This document shows, piece by piece, positions 31,516 through 41,721 of a stretch of DNA of 64,000 nt; within the stretch, counting starts at the first letter, position 1; the number at the start of each line of letters is the position of its first letter. Location: assembly GCA_963798085.1 (NCBI GenBank), contig CAWCRS010000002.1:96001-160000 (forward strand). Reading direction: 5' to 3'. This DNA is from an uncultured Gemmatimonadales bacterium. GTDB taxonomy: Bacteria; Gemmatimonadota; Gemmatimonadetes; Longimicrobiales; RSA9. A program made the position numbers and the translations under genes. The notes under the pieces were generated by a model that was not told where the DNA came from, did no database searches, and saw only the letters and a program-made list of their open reading frames with translations.

Positions 31516-32226
31516 ATGATGTACGTGCGCAGAATGATCGCAGTACTGCTGCTGGCGCCGGGAGCGCTCGCGGCGCAGATGCGGCCGGAGCCACCCACGA
31601 TCACGGTCAATGCGACCGCGTCGGTAGAGCGCGAGCCGGAACGCGCCACATTGATACTGGCGGTGGAGTCGGAGGCCACGTCGGCACAGGCGGCGGCGCA
31701 GGCCAACGCGGATGCCATGACGCGCGTGCTGGCGGCATTGCGACAGAAGGGCTTCTCGGGCGCGAACGTGCGCACGCTCTCGCTGCAGCTGGATCCGGTC
31801 TACACGCAGGGCGGACCCAACTCGCAGGAGCCGCCGCGCATCAGCGGCTACCGCGCGAGCAACATGGTGCGCATCGTAATCGATTCAATCGCGCGCGTCG
31901 GCGGCGTGGTGGACGCGGCCATTGGCGCCGGTGCGAACCGGGTTGCGGGCCTCAACTTCGAGTTGAAAGATCCAGACGCAGCAAGGCAGGAAGCTCTGAG
32001 CGCGGCGGTGGCGAGGGCCAGGCGCGACGCGCAGACGGTGGCGACGGCAGCGGGCCGCGTACTGGGCCCGCCCCTGTCCATCACCCTGAGCAGCGAGCAG
32101 CCGGGACCTCGTCCGATGTATGCGGGGCGCGTCCTGATGGCGCAGAATGCGGAGACGCCAGTGGAAGGCGGCGCGATCCAGATCACGGCCACGGTGCACG
32201 TGGTGTTTCGACTCGACGCTTCATGA
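31516..32226 (+). CDS. SIMPL (DUF541) domain protein
   Basis: Signal peptide, ITVNATASVEREP, GYRASN, AGANRVAGLNF. Confidence 0.85.
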   Translation: MMYVRRMIAVLLLAPGALAAQMRPEPPTITVNATASVEREPERATLILAVESEATSAQAAAQANADAMTRVLAALRQKGFSGANVRTLSLQLDPVYTQGGPNSQEPPRISGYRASNMVRIVIDSIARVGGVVDAAIGAGANRVAGLNFELKDPDAARQEALSAAVARARRDAQTVATAAGRVLGPPLSITLSSEQPGPRPMYAGRVLMAQNAETPVEGGAIQITATVHVVFRLDAS

Positions 32227-32651
32227 GCCTGAAGAAGCGGCTGCGCCGTGTGATGGGGGACGGCATCGCGGAGACGCGTCCGGATGCGCGTGATCCGCGT
32301 TTCCGCGGCCGCACCTTTGCCATACCGTTCGAGGACGTCTGGCAGGCTTCACTGGCGCTGCTGAAGGAGCTGCCCGGCTGCAAGCTGCGGCTCAGCAACG
32401 ACCGGGATGGCATCATCATCGCGCAGGCGACGATCCACTTTCCGCGTCACGTCAATGACGTCACCATCAGCATTGTTCTCGACGCGGATGCGCAGACCCG
32501 TGTGGACATGCGTTCCGTCACGCGCGACGGCGCCGTCGACATGGGTTCCAATGCGAAGCGGGTGCTGCGTTTCTTCGAGCTGCTGGACCAGCGCATGGCG
32601 GCGTTGAAGCGCCGGCCCCTGCCCACCTCGGCGACCGTTGCGCGGCGCTGA
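32223..32651 (+). CDS. DUF1499-like protein
   Basis: DVTISI..TRVDMRSV.R.G..DMGSNAKRV. Confidence 0.6.
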   Translation: MSLKKRLRRVMGDGIAETRPDARDPRFRGRTFAIPFEDVWQASLALLKELPGCKLRLSNDRDGIIIAQATIHFPRHVNDVTISIVLDADAQTRVDMRSVTRDGAVDMGSNAKRVLRFFELLDQRMAALKRRPLPTSATVARR

Positions 32652-32663
32652 TCCTCTAACGTA

Positions 32664-33569
32664 GTGTTGGAGGCGCCTCTGCCCGAGGCAGTCGCCCGGC
32701 CCATCATCGACTTCCACACCCACCCATGGCGCCCCGACGACCTCGCCCCCGGCACCGTGGCCTTCGTGCGCGGTGTATCGCGGGCTCTGCGGGAGCACGG
32801 TGACCGCCTGCGTGACCCGCGCTACGCCGCCGACGTGCTGCGGGCGCAGGGCGTGCAGCATGCCGTCATGCTGCCTGAGCATTGTCCGCGGTCCTCCGGC
32901 AATGTGCGCACCGAAACCGTGCTCGAGCTGTGTCGCCAGTCCACAGGCTTCTTCCTGCCCTTCGCGTCCGTCGATCCTAACACCGACGCAGCACCGGCCG
33001 ATCTGCTGCGCCGCTATCTGGACGAGGGCGTCGTCGGCCTCAAGCTGTACCCGTCGTATCAGTTCTACTATCCCAACGACACGCGCGTCTACCCGCTCTA
33101 CGAGCTGTGCCAGGCCGCGCGCATTCCGGTGCTCTTTCACATTGGCAGTTCGGTGATACCGGGCACGCGCATCAAGTACTGCGACCCGATCCACCTGGAT
33201 GATCTGGCGGTGGATTTCCCGGATCTGATCGTGGTGATGGCACACGGTGGTCGCGGATTCTGGTACGACGTGTGTGCGTTCCTGGCGGCGCAGCACGCCA
33301 ACTTCCACATCGACGTCACGGGTCTGGTACCGGCGAAGCTGCTGGAGCATTTTCCCGGTCTCGAACGCATCGCGCACAAGGTCGTGTTTGGCAGCGACTG
33401 GCCCGCAATGCCGCGCAGTCCGGGTGAGAACGCGGCTGTCATCGCGGGCCTGGGTCTCTTGCCGGAATCCGTAGAGCGCATACTGTACGGCAACGCGGCG
33501 GCGCTGCTGCGGCTGCCCGGGAACACGGCGGCGAACCCTGCTCCTCCTGCGGACGAAGGAGGCCACTAG
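32664..33569 (+). CDS. Amidohydrolase_2 family protein
   Basis: IDFHTH, GLKLYP, FHIG, MAHGG, FGSDWP, ILYGNA. Confidence 0.9.
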   Translation: MLEAPLPEAVARPIIDFHTHPWRPDDLAPGTVAFVRGVSRALREHGDRLRDPRYAADVLRAQGVQHAVMLPEHCPRSSGNVRTETVLELCRQSTGFFLPFASVDPNTDAAPADLLRRYLDEGVVGLKLYPSYQFYYPNDTRVYPLYELCQAARIPVLFHIGSSVIPGTRIKYCDPIHLDDLAVDFPDLIVVMAHGGRGFWYDVCAFLAAQHANFHIDVTGLVPAKLLEHFPGLERIAHKVVFGSDWPAMPRSPGENAAVIAGLGLLPESVERILYGNAAALLRLPGNTAANPAPPADEGGH

Positions 33570-36008
33570 TGGCGGCGCGGTCGCAGAACCCCGGCATCCC
33601 GGAAATCCTGCCGGTGATGCCGCTCCGCAGTACGGTGGTCTTTCCCACGGGCGTGGTGGGTGTGCAGATCAGCATGTCCGGCACGCTGGAAATGCTGGGC
33701 GCACATCCGGAGCCGGGGCTGATGGTCGCGGCCGTAGTGCCGCCCGGCGGACCCGACGATCCCATCGATTTCACGGATCTGCAGAAGATCGCAGTGGCGG
33801 TGCGCGTGTCCGACCGGCTGAATCTGCCCGGCGGCATCGTGCAGGCCACGCTGCAGGGCTTGCAGCGTGTTCGGCTGCGCGCGGTCGAGGAGAAGGGCGG
33901 CTACCTGGTGGCGCGCGCGGCAACGCCGCGCGAGCGGCCGGCCCCCGAAGAACAGGCTGCCGAACTGATCACGCGCATCCTCAACGCGCTGGAAGCATTG
34001 TCCGGGCAGGTCGATCGCATCTCGCGCGAAATCCCCCGTATCCTGCGCATGAACCTGGGCGACCCGGGTCGCTTTGCGGACCTGGTCGCGACGCTCTCCA
34101 ACTTCTCGGTGGCAAGCCGCGACCGCGTGCTGCAGCTGCTTTCGGTCGAGGCCCGGCTGCGCTTCGCGTGCGACGAGCTGGAGGCGCAGCTGCTGCGTGT
34201 GCGCAAGATCTCGGATGACGCGGCGGCGGCTGCGGCGGCACCGCCGGTCGCGCAGGCAGCGGATCCCACACGGCGTGCGACCGATCTGCGCCAGCAGATC
34301 AAGCTGCTGCAGGCGGAGCTGGGCGAGGTCGACCCGCTGGAAGCGGAAACAGTGCGTTTGCTGCGTCGTGTGGAAGGCTCGGGCCTGCCCTCGCGCGCAG
34401 CGTCGAGGGCGCGCTCGGAGATCGAGCAGCTGCGCACCGGTTCGAGCGATGTAGGTGAGATCCGCGCGTACCTCGACTGGCTGTTGTCGCTGCCCTGGCA
34501 GCGCAGTGCCACGGAAGGTCCTTCGCGCATCGACCTCGCAGCCGTGCAGCAGGAGATGGATCGCCAGCTGCTGGGCCTGACCGAACCGAAGGAGCGCCTG
34601 CTCGATCAGCTCGCGGTGGCGCGACTCCGCCGTACGCTGGGAAGTGTCATTCCCTGCATTGTCGGGCCGCCGGACACGGGCAAGGCCACGCTGGTCGAAG
34701 CCATGGCGGCAGGCCTGGGCCGTCCGCTGGCGAGGCTCGACCTGGGCGGTCGTACGGTCGGCGACCTGCTGGGCATCCGGCGCACGCGCGGCGATGCGCA
34801 GCCGGGGCGCATTGCGGCACTGCTGCGCGACGCCCAGGTCAACGACCCGGTGGTCCTGCTCGATGAAGTGGATGAGCTGACGTCGAGCAGCAAAGGCGAG
34901 GAGACAGGCGAGGCGCTGGAGGAGATCCTGATGGATCCCTCCCACTTCATGGACCGCTATCTGGAAGTGCCCTTCGACCTGGGTAACGTCCTGTTTGTCG
35001 CGGTGGCGCACGATTTCCAGAAAGTGCCGCGTGCACTGCGCGAGCGCATGGTCGAGATCCGCATACCCGGCTACACACCCGAGGAGAAGGTGGAGATCGC
35101 GCGCACGCGGCTGCTGCCCCGGCTCATAGCCGAGCACGGCCTGCTCGCGGGCCACGTCGACTTCAATGCGGAAGGGCTCTACGCGCTGGCCTACGGCTAC
35201 GCGCGTGATGCCGGCGTGGGCGCGCTGCAGCGCTCGGTGGAGACGCTGCTGCGCACGCGCGCGAGGGCGAGGGCGAGGGGCGATGCCTCGCGCTGGACCT
35301 TCGATGTGCCGCGCATTCGAGCAGGTGCTGGGTGTGCCGCGCTACGTGCCCACGCCCGCGGAAAGCGCCCCGGAGATCGGCGTGGTCACGGGACTCGCGT
35401 GGACCGCGTCAGGCGGCGAGCTGATGTTCATCGAAGCGCTGCGCATGCCGGGCAGTGGCCGCCTCATCATCACGGGCCTCCTGGGCGACGCGATGCGCGA
35501 GTCCGTCAATGCTGCCTACTCGTATGTGCGCAGCCGCGGCCCCGAACTGGGCATCACCGAGGAGGATTTCCGCGAATCCGATGTGCACGTCCATTTCCCG
35601 GTGGGCGCCATTCCCAAGGATGGCCCCTCGGCCGGCGTGGCCGTGACGCTCGCGATCGCGTCGACACTGTCGAATCGCCCCGTGCGGCACGACATGGCGG
35701 TGTCCGGCGAAGTCACTCTGCGCGGGCGCATCCTCGAGGTGGGTGGTGTGCGTGAGAAGGTGCTGGCGGCGCATCGCGCGGACATCCCGCATATCATCCT
35801 GCCCGCAGGCAATGAGCGCGATCTGCGTGATGTGCCGGAGAAGGTGCGCGCCGGCATCGCCTTCCATTTCGTGGAGCGCATGGACGACGTGATCCGTCTG
35901 GCGCTGCACGGCGCGCCCGGCATGTCCCGGCCGGTGGTCCGGCTGGGCACCGAGGAACAGCGCGAGCCCCGCGTCGCCCAGCCCGGCAAGCGCAAGCCAC
36001 GCAGCTGA
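33569..36008 (+). CDS. lon: Lon-family protease with divergent AAA+ module (+1 frameshift near 35316)
   Basis: Lon N-domain, GPPDTGK, LLDEVDE, GLAWT..GG, PKDGPSAG, GGVREK. Confidence 0.85.
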
Positions 36009-36040
36009 CTGACGGCACGCTGGCTGCGCGCCGTTGCGGC

Positions 36041-36476
36041 TCAGGCGGGTTCCAGCTCGCCTTCGAAGGCGGTAATGCGCGCCCGCACATCTCTGCGGAA
36101 CGGACTTGGAGCTGCCCGCGGCGTAGTCGAACATCACCTGCGTCGTGCGACCACTGGCCACCACTTCACGGCCCGGCCCGCAGATCTCGAATTCCATGTC
36201 GAACGACTTCTGTCCGATGCGGCTCACGCGCAGCGCCACCTCGAGGCGTGATGGGAATTCGATGCGATTCCGGTAGCGTACGGTGACCTCGCCCATGACG
36301 TAATCGATGTCCTCGAGGCCCTCCCGGCCAACGACTTCCCGCCAGTACGCCGCGCGCGCCTCCTCGAGGTAGATCAGAGGCATGGCGTGGTGCGCGTGAC
36401 CCATCGGGTCGAGATCGCGGAAGCGCACATCCACAGGAAACCGGAAACGGTAGGCCGGGTGCTGGCTGTCATTCAT
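36041..36476 (-). CDS. Acyl-CoA thioesterase, 4HBT family (+1 frameshift near 36092)
   Basis: VRFRDLDPMGHAHH..YLEEAR, RIGQKSF; tail DVRARITAFEG in the next frame. Confidence 0.85.
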
Positions 36477-36726
36477 GGGACGCCCCTGCCAGCGGTTCGG
36501 ATGGGGCCCCGTGCAGCACGGCACCCGCCGCAAACAGCAGACAGCCCAGTAGGATCGCCCAGGTGCCGGGCAGGAACAGCGGCGCGATCATGATGCCCGC
36601 GAAGACCAGCGCCTGACCTCCGGTGAGTGCCGCGAGTCCGGCATGGAGCAGGATGCGGCCTTGTGACGCACGGCTCTGCAGCGGCTGCGAGTCCGCGTGC
36701 GTCGGTGCGGCTGGCGGTCCCGTCAT
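36469..36726 (-). CDS. Small two-TM membrane protein
   Basis: 85 aa, two hydrophobic helices, overlaps the thioesterase start. Confidence 0.5.
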   Translation of the reverse strand: MTGPPAAPTHADSQPLQSRASQGRILLHAGLAALTGGQALVFAGIMIAPLFLPGTWAILLGCLLFAAGAVLHGAPSEPLAGASHE

Positions 36727-36819
36727 GGCAGCTTCGCTCCTGACGTCAGCTCGTGTTGATTGAATGGAGAGTGGCCAGAATCAGCCAATTTCCGCTGACG
36801 CACGATTCGCGCCGCGAGG

Positions 36820-38574
36820 TCAGGGTTCGATCGCTTCGATGCGTCGCACGGCGGAGCGCAGCGAGAAGAAGATGGCGAGGCAGGAGACAGTAAAGGCGGC
36901 GCCCATGCCGGCGGCCAGCAACCCAATGTCGCCCATGGCCACGGGCACGCCGTGCATGCGCGCCAGCAGCAGTGTGTAGACCGGCCAGGCCTCGAGCATG
37001 ATAACGATGCCGATGAACGCGGTGGCGGACATCATGAACACCAGACCGCCGAAGCTCGTCGGCACGTCCGCCGGATTCTCCGAATTGAACTTGGGGTAGA
37101 GCGCACCAAAGCCCAGCGCCATGGCGGCCAGGGCAAAGGTGATCATGATGATCGTCCCCAGCGACACGAAGGTCATGAAGCCGCTCACGTGCAGCAGCGC
37201 ATTGGTGCCGGCGGTCAGCGCCACGGCCAGCACCAGCAGCGGCAGCACGCCCACCCAGTACTTGCTCCACACCAGCGAGGAGAGGCGCAGTGGCGAAGAG
37301 CGCAGCAGCCAGAGCGACTGGCCTTCGAGGCTGATCGCAGGAAACACCAGGCGTGCGGCAATGGCGGCCAGCACGAAGCCGGCTAACCCGATGTTCAGGA
37401 ACACCACCACATTCACCAGCAGGAAGCCCACATCCTCGCCCGAGAACAGTGGCAGCACCTTGATGTTGTAGATGTAGACCATGACCAGCACGGCCAGCAG
37501 CACCAGCTGCGACCACTGCGTGGTGTCGCGGAAGAAGGTACGCATGTCTTTGGCGACGAGGCTGCGCGGCGTTACCGGCAATCCTCCGAGCCAGTTCTCG
37601 GTCCGCCAGCGGCTGTGGCCTCGGGCCTCGCGGTCGCCTCCTTCGCGTGACCGGCTGAGCCCCGAGAGGAACAGGTGGCTGTGCATCCACGCGCCGATCA
37701 CGAGGGCGGCAGCGGCCGTGCTGGCCAGCAGCAGCAGCGGAAACAGATCGCCCGCGTGGTCCGTGATGCCGAGTGATGACAGCATGGCCTGGGCAGCCCA
37801 TTCGCTGGGCAGCCAGATCGACTGCGGGGTCCGCAGCGCCGCCACAAAGTCGACGAGGTCGCGGAAACCCTCGGGCCTCGCCAGCTGCTCCGGCCGCATG
37901 AGCCGGAACACGGCGATGAACGCGCCTGCGCCCAGCAGAGCCACCAGCGTCAGGATGTCCCGCGCGCGACGAGCCGGGAACACATTGACGAGAATCTGCG
38001 TGATCGCGGTGCCCACCACGGCGGGAATCAGCAGGTAGCAGGCAACCGTGGCGAGCGAGACGGTAATGAAGCTCAGGCCGCCATCGAACACGAGCGCATA
38101 CGCGGTCAGCACGGGCACCAGCATGAGCACGATCATCCAGGACGAATGGATGAAGGTCTCGAGCAGGCGGGCGCCGTAGAGACGCAGTCCATCGATGGGC
38201 GCCGCAGCCAGCAGCTCGAGATCCCTCGCCAGGAAGAACGACGAGAGTGCGCCAATGATGTTGGACAGCAGCAGGATCGGCAGAAACGCGAGCAGCATCG
38301 TACTCAGCAGCTTGAGCGACAGCGCATCGCCCAGGCCCGGCGTGTCGTGGAAGTAGGAGAGCACCCGCCGCAGAATGGTGAACACGACCAGCCAGAAGAT
38401 GACGCCGACGACCGCCAGCGTAACTCCCCTCGCCATGCTGCCGCTCTCGGTCAGACGCCGGCGCGCGGTGCGCCTCTTGGGGAAATAGAGATCGAGCACG
38501 CCTGGCTGACGCAGGCGTGGCGGTGCGTCACTGGAGGCGCCTGCGTGCAGCATGGATTCGACTGCAGTAGCCAT
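36820..38574 (-). CDS. Putative ABC transporter permease
   Basis: About 12-14 TM helices; KDMRTFFRDTTQWSQL, SLEGQSLWLLRSSP; follows an ABC ATPase. Confidence 0.85.
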   Translation of the reverse strand: MATAVESMLHAGASSDAPPRLRQPGVLDLYFPKRRTARRRLTESGSMARGVTLAVVGVIFWLVVFTILRRVLSYFHDTPGLGDALSLKLLSTMLLAFLPILLLSNIIGALSSFFLARDLELLAAAPIDGLRLYGARLLETFIHSSWMIVLMLVPVLTAYALVFDGGLSFITVSLATVACYLLIPAVVGTAITQILVNVFPARRARDILTLVALLGAGAFIAVFRLMRPEQLARPEGFRDLVDFVAALRTPQSIWLPSEWAAQAMLSSLGITDHAGDLFPLLLLASTAAAALVIGAWMHSHLFLSGLSRSREGGDREARGHSRWRTENWLGGLPVTPRSLVAKDMRTFFRDTTQWSQLVLLAVLVMVYIYNIKVLPLFSGEDVGFLLVNVVVFLNIGLAGFVLAAIAARLVFPAISLEGQSLWLLRSSPLRLSSLVWSKYWVGVLPLLVLAVALTAGTNALLHVSGFMTFVSLGTIIMITFALAAMALGFGALYPKFNSENPADVPTSFGGLVFMMSATAFIGIVIMLEAWPVYTLLLARMHGVPVAMGDIGLLAAGMGAAFTVSCLAIFFSLRSAVRRIEAIEP

Positions 38575-38585
38575 GACGCCGGTGC

Positions 38586-39356
38586 TCAGGCGTTCAAGGG
38601 ATCGCGCAGCGAAGCCACCAGCTCCTCCGCCTGCTCGCTGCCGGTGAGCTTGAGGAAGATCTCTTCCAGGCCTGCCGCGCCCGATGCAGCCTGGTGCCGC
38701 AGCTCGTCCATCGTGCCCATGCCCTGAATGCGCCCGCCGCTGAGGATCGCAATGCGATCGCACAGCGTCTCGGCCACTTCGAGCGTGTGTGTGGAAAGGA
38801 AAACGGTCCCGCCCTGCTGCACGTAGGAACGCATCAGGTCTTTCATCATGCGCGCGGCGCGTGGATCCAGTCCCACCATCGGCTCGTCCACGACGATCGC
38901 ATCAGGCGAATGCACGAGCGCCGAGCAGATGAGCAGCTTCTGCTTCATGCCATGCGAGTAGCTCTCGACCAGCGCATTTTTCCAGTCGGAAAGGCTGAAC
39001 ACGTCGAGCAGTTCGTCGATGCGGCGTTCGACGGCGTTGCCCTCACGCCCCCACAACCCGCTCACGAAACGCAGGAATTCGCCGCCTGTGAGCTTCTCGT
39101 AAAGTGCTGGACGATCCGGGATGTAGCCAATGTGGCGTTTGGCACCGATCGGGTCCTGCTGCAGATCCTTGCCTGCGATGCGAATGGTCCCGCTGCTCGG
39201 CTGGAGCACGCCGGTGACCATGCGGATCGTCGTCGTCTTGCCCGCGCCGTTGGGACCGAGGAAGCCGAACAGTTCGCCGCGGCGCACGTGCAGGTCCAGC
39301 GGATGCACCGCGGTGAAGCGGCCGTAGCTCCTGGTGACTGCCTGCAGCTCGATCAT
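38586..39356 (-). CDS. ABC transporter ATP-binding protein
   Basis: GPNGAGKTT, YSHGMKQK, VDEPMVGLDP. Confidence 0.95.
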   Translation of the reverse strand: MIELQAVTRSYGRFTAVHPLDLHVRRGELFGFLGPNGAGKTTTIRMVTGVLQPSSGTIRIAGKDLQQDPIGAKRHIGYIPDRPALYEKLTGGEFLRFVSGLWGREGNAVERRIDELLDVFSLSDWKNALVESYSHGMKQKLLICSALVHSPDAIVVDEPMVGLDPRAARMMKDLMRSYVQQGGTVFLSTHTLEVAETLCDRIAILSGGRIQGMGTMDELRHQAASGAAGLEEIFLKLTGSEQAEELVASLRDPLNA

Positions 39357-40888
39357 AGCGCTTCAATCCGGAGTCTGCCGATGAGGCGGATCAGCTCGAC
39401 CTGACGCGCGAGTCCGCCGACAACGAAGCGGATATGGCTGGCGTCCGCGGGATACTGGCCGAGTGTCGGATCCACCGCGACCCAATCGCCGTGCAGCCAG
39501 ACTTCAGGCCATGCGTGGTAGTAGAAGCGGCCACGCACGTTGACGAGGCCGACCGCCGTCCTCGCCGGCAGGCCGATCGACCTCGCCAGCGCAACATACA
39601 GCACGGTGTGCTCGTTGCAGTCGCCGCGCATCGCCTCCAGCACCTGAATGGCGCTGGGTATGCTGGGCGTGATCTCCTTGTGCACGGCCGCGTAGACCCA
39701 TTCGGTCAGCAGCCGGGACGCCTGTGCGGGATCGTGCGTCAGCCGCGTGACGGCCATGGCCTTGCGGCGAATGCGCGGATCGTCCGACTGGATCAGCGGC
39801 GTCGCGCTCAACTCCTGCCTCGCCTCACCACCCCCCAGCCACGGCAGCGTGTAGCCGGCCAAGCGGATCGCTGCCGTGTCTTCGCGCGTGATGACAAGCG
39901 TGTCAGCGTGCAGCGACTGGCGACCGCCGGACAGATCGAAGCCATCGAGATCGACCCCCGCGAGACGAACCCGCAGCTGCGGCGTCGCCTGTAATCCCCT
40001 GATGTCGACATTGCTGGCAATGGCGGTGCCCTCGATCATGGCGCCGTAACCCGCGCGCATGGCGACATCACCCTGCGCCGCCTCCCATTCCTGGTGCGCC
40101 AGCTCGAATGTGGTGCGCTCGATCACGAAGCCCAGCGGGCTCTCCGCCTTGACGGTAAGACCGTCCTCGTCCACCCACGTGGCCATGGTGACGCCGCCGA
40201 AGCGCTGCTCAATGCGCCAGACCGGCACGGTGTCCCAGACGCTCGCTTCCCACCGCCCATCGGCGCGCGTGCGCGAGCTGTCCGGCACGATCATCGTGTC
40301 CGTGTCCGTCACGCTTACCGTGATGGTGCGCGTGTCCAGCGCGGAGGGATCGAAGGTGCTGACATTCACCACCGTGCCCGGCCGCAGCTTCCCGGCGGCC
40401 GCCAGGCGGATGGGGACGGCGGCATCCAGCATGACACCGTCGTTAGCAGGAATGCGGTTGTGCTGCGTGGCACCGCCGGCGTTCACCGAGATGTCCAGCA
40501 TCGAGTCGGGCGTAGTGACTCCCGCCACCGCAAAGCTGCCGATTTTCGAGTCCAGCCGGAAAGTGAAATCGCGCATGCGCAGGCCGCGATCGAAGCGGAT
40601 GCGCGAAACGGTAGCGGCGCGCTGCACCGTGTCCAGCGCCGGCACATCGAGCAGCAGATCATCCGCCAGCTTGAGCGTGTCGGCAATCGTGTCGAAGCGC
40701 GTGGTGCCTGTGCCAATCGCGTGGCCGTTGAGGCGCACGACGTAGAAGTGCGTGCCCGGCGCCAGCGAACGCGCGCCCACCTCCAGCCGCTCCGTTTCCG
40801 GCCGCAGATACTCGCGCTTCACATGCCAGCCCACCGTCACCAGCCAGAAAGCCAGGATGGACCAGGCTACCAGGACTCTTGGCTTCAT
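39353..40888 (-). CDS. Membrane-anchored transglutaminase-like protein
   Basis: N-terminal TM; Cys-His-Asp triad in GDCNEH, YHAWPEVW, VDPT. Confidence 0.88.
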   Translation of the reverse strand: MKPRVLVAWSILAFWLVTVGWHVKREYLRPETERLEVGARSLAPGTHFYVVRLNGHAIGTGTTRFDTIADTLKLADDLLLDVPALDTVQRAATVSRIRFDRGLRMRDFTFRLDSKIGSFAVAGVTTPDSMLDISVNAGGATQHNRIPANDGVMLDAAVPIRLAAAGKLRPGTVVNVSTFDPSALDTRTITVSVTDTDTMIVPDSSRTRADGRWEASVWDTVPVWRIEQRFGGVTMATWVDEDGLTVKAESPLGFVIERTTFELAHQEWEAAQGDVAMRAGYGAMIEGTAIASNVDIRGLQATPQLRVRLAGVDLDGFDLSGGRQSLHADTLVITREDTAAIRLAGYTLPWLGGGEARQELSATPLIQSDDPRIRRKAMAVTRLTHDPAQASRLLTEWVYAAVHKEITPSIPSAIQVLEAMRGDCNEHTVLYVALARSIGLPARTAVGLVNVRGRFYYHAWPEVWLHGDWVAVDPTLGQYPADASHIRFVVGGLARQVELIRLIGRLRIEAL

Positions 40889-40914
40889 TATTTCGTCTTG
40901 TTCACTGTCCACTG

Positions 40915-41176
40915 CGTTGCTGGTTGCTGGTTGCCGGGGCTGGTGCCTCGGGAACGGATAACCGCATTGAACGGCAACTCTCGGGCTCGGGCTGGGGACT
41001 CACGGCCTGTTAGCAGCCGCCGCAATTCGGCCTGCCTCCGGCCCGCTTTGAGTCGAACCGCTCCTCGTCGTTTTTCGCGTCACTCCCGTAAGCGACACCT
41101 CGACCCGCGCTGAGAACCAGGCTGTTCCGTAGATGCCGTTCCCCAGCAATCAGCCCGAGCCCCAGCCCGAGCAACG
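40915..41176. repeat. Inverted pair of about 40-bp repeats (40915-40956 and 41137-41176), REPIN/MITE-like
   Basis: Both read CGTTCCC...AGCAACG in opposite orientations; partial copy at 40980-40997; related to 13741..13780. Confidence 0.5.
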
Positions 41177-41202
41177 CCTCTCGAGGCCAGTACCAGCGAC
41201 AA

Positions 41203-41721
41203 CTACTCGAGCAACGGCAATCCGCCGGCCTGACGGACGCGGCGCTCGAAGACGTCGAGGTCGTAGTCCGACTCCACCACGATGGACACGTGGCGGGGGA
41301 AAGGCTCGGTCTGGAGCCACTCCTGGAGTATCGGCACCATCAGGTCGGCGGCGGTTTCGGCGTCCAGGTTGCCGGCGCCGGTGCCGAGGGGAGGGAGGGC
41401 GAGGGACTCGATGGCCCATTCGGCGGCGCGGCGCAGGCCGTTGGTGAGGCCGCGGGCCACGCCGCTTGCGGAGACAGGTTCTGTGGCGGAGCGGACGATG
41501 ACGTGGATCATGAGTTCCGCTGGCAGCCCACCCGCGCCCGTGACGATCGCGGAGCCTACCGGCAGCTCCCCCACTTTGCGGCATTGCTCGGCGATGTCCG
41601 GGCCGAGGGCCAGCTCGACTCGCCGCATGGCAGGCGTCACGGCATCCCACGCGGCGGTGACCGGTCGCAGGAGCCCCGGCGACGACACCGCGGCAAGGTC
41701 GCCGCGTACTACTTCGATCAT
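41203..41721 (-). CDS. Divergent macro domain protein
   Basis: IEVVRGDL, GSAIVTGAGGL..IHV, SLALPPLGTGAG. Confidence 0.8.
   Translation of the reverse strand: MIEVVRGDLAAVSSPGLLRPVTAAWDAVTPAMRRVELALGPDIAEQCRKVGELPVGSAIVTGAGGLPAELMIHVIVRSATEPVSASGVARGLTNGLRRAAEWAIESLALPPLGTGAGNLDAETAADLMVPILQEWLQTEPFPRHVSIVVESDYDLDVFERRVRQAGGLPLLE

Noticed and set aside
2477..41721. ART and macrodomain as a toxin-antitoxin pair
   Set aside because: They are about 37 kb apart, and the macrodomain lies in a housekeeping operon and looks non-catalytic.
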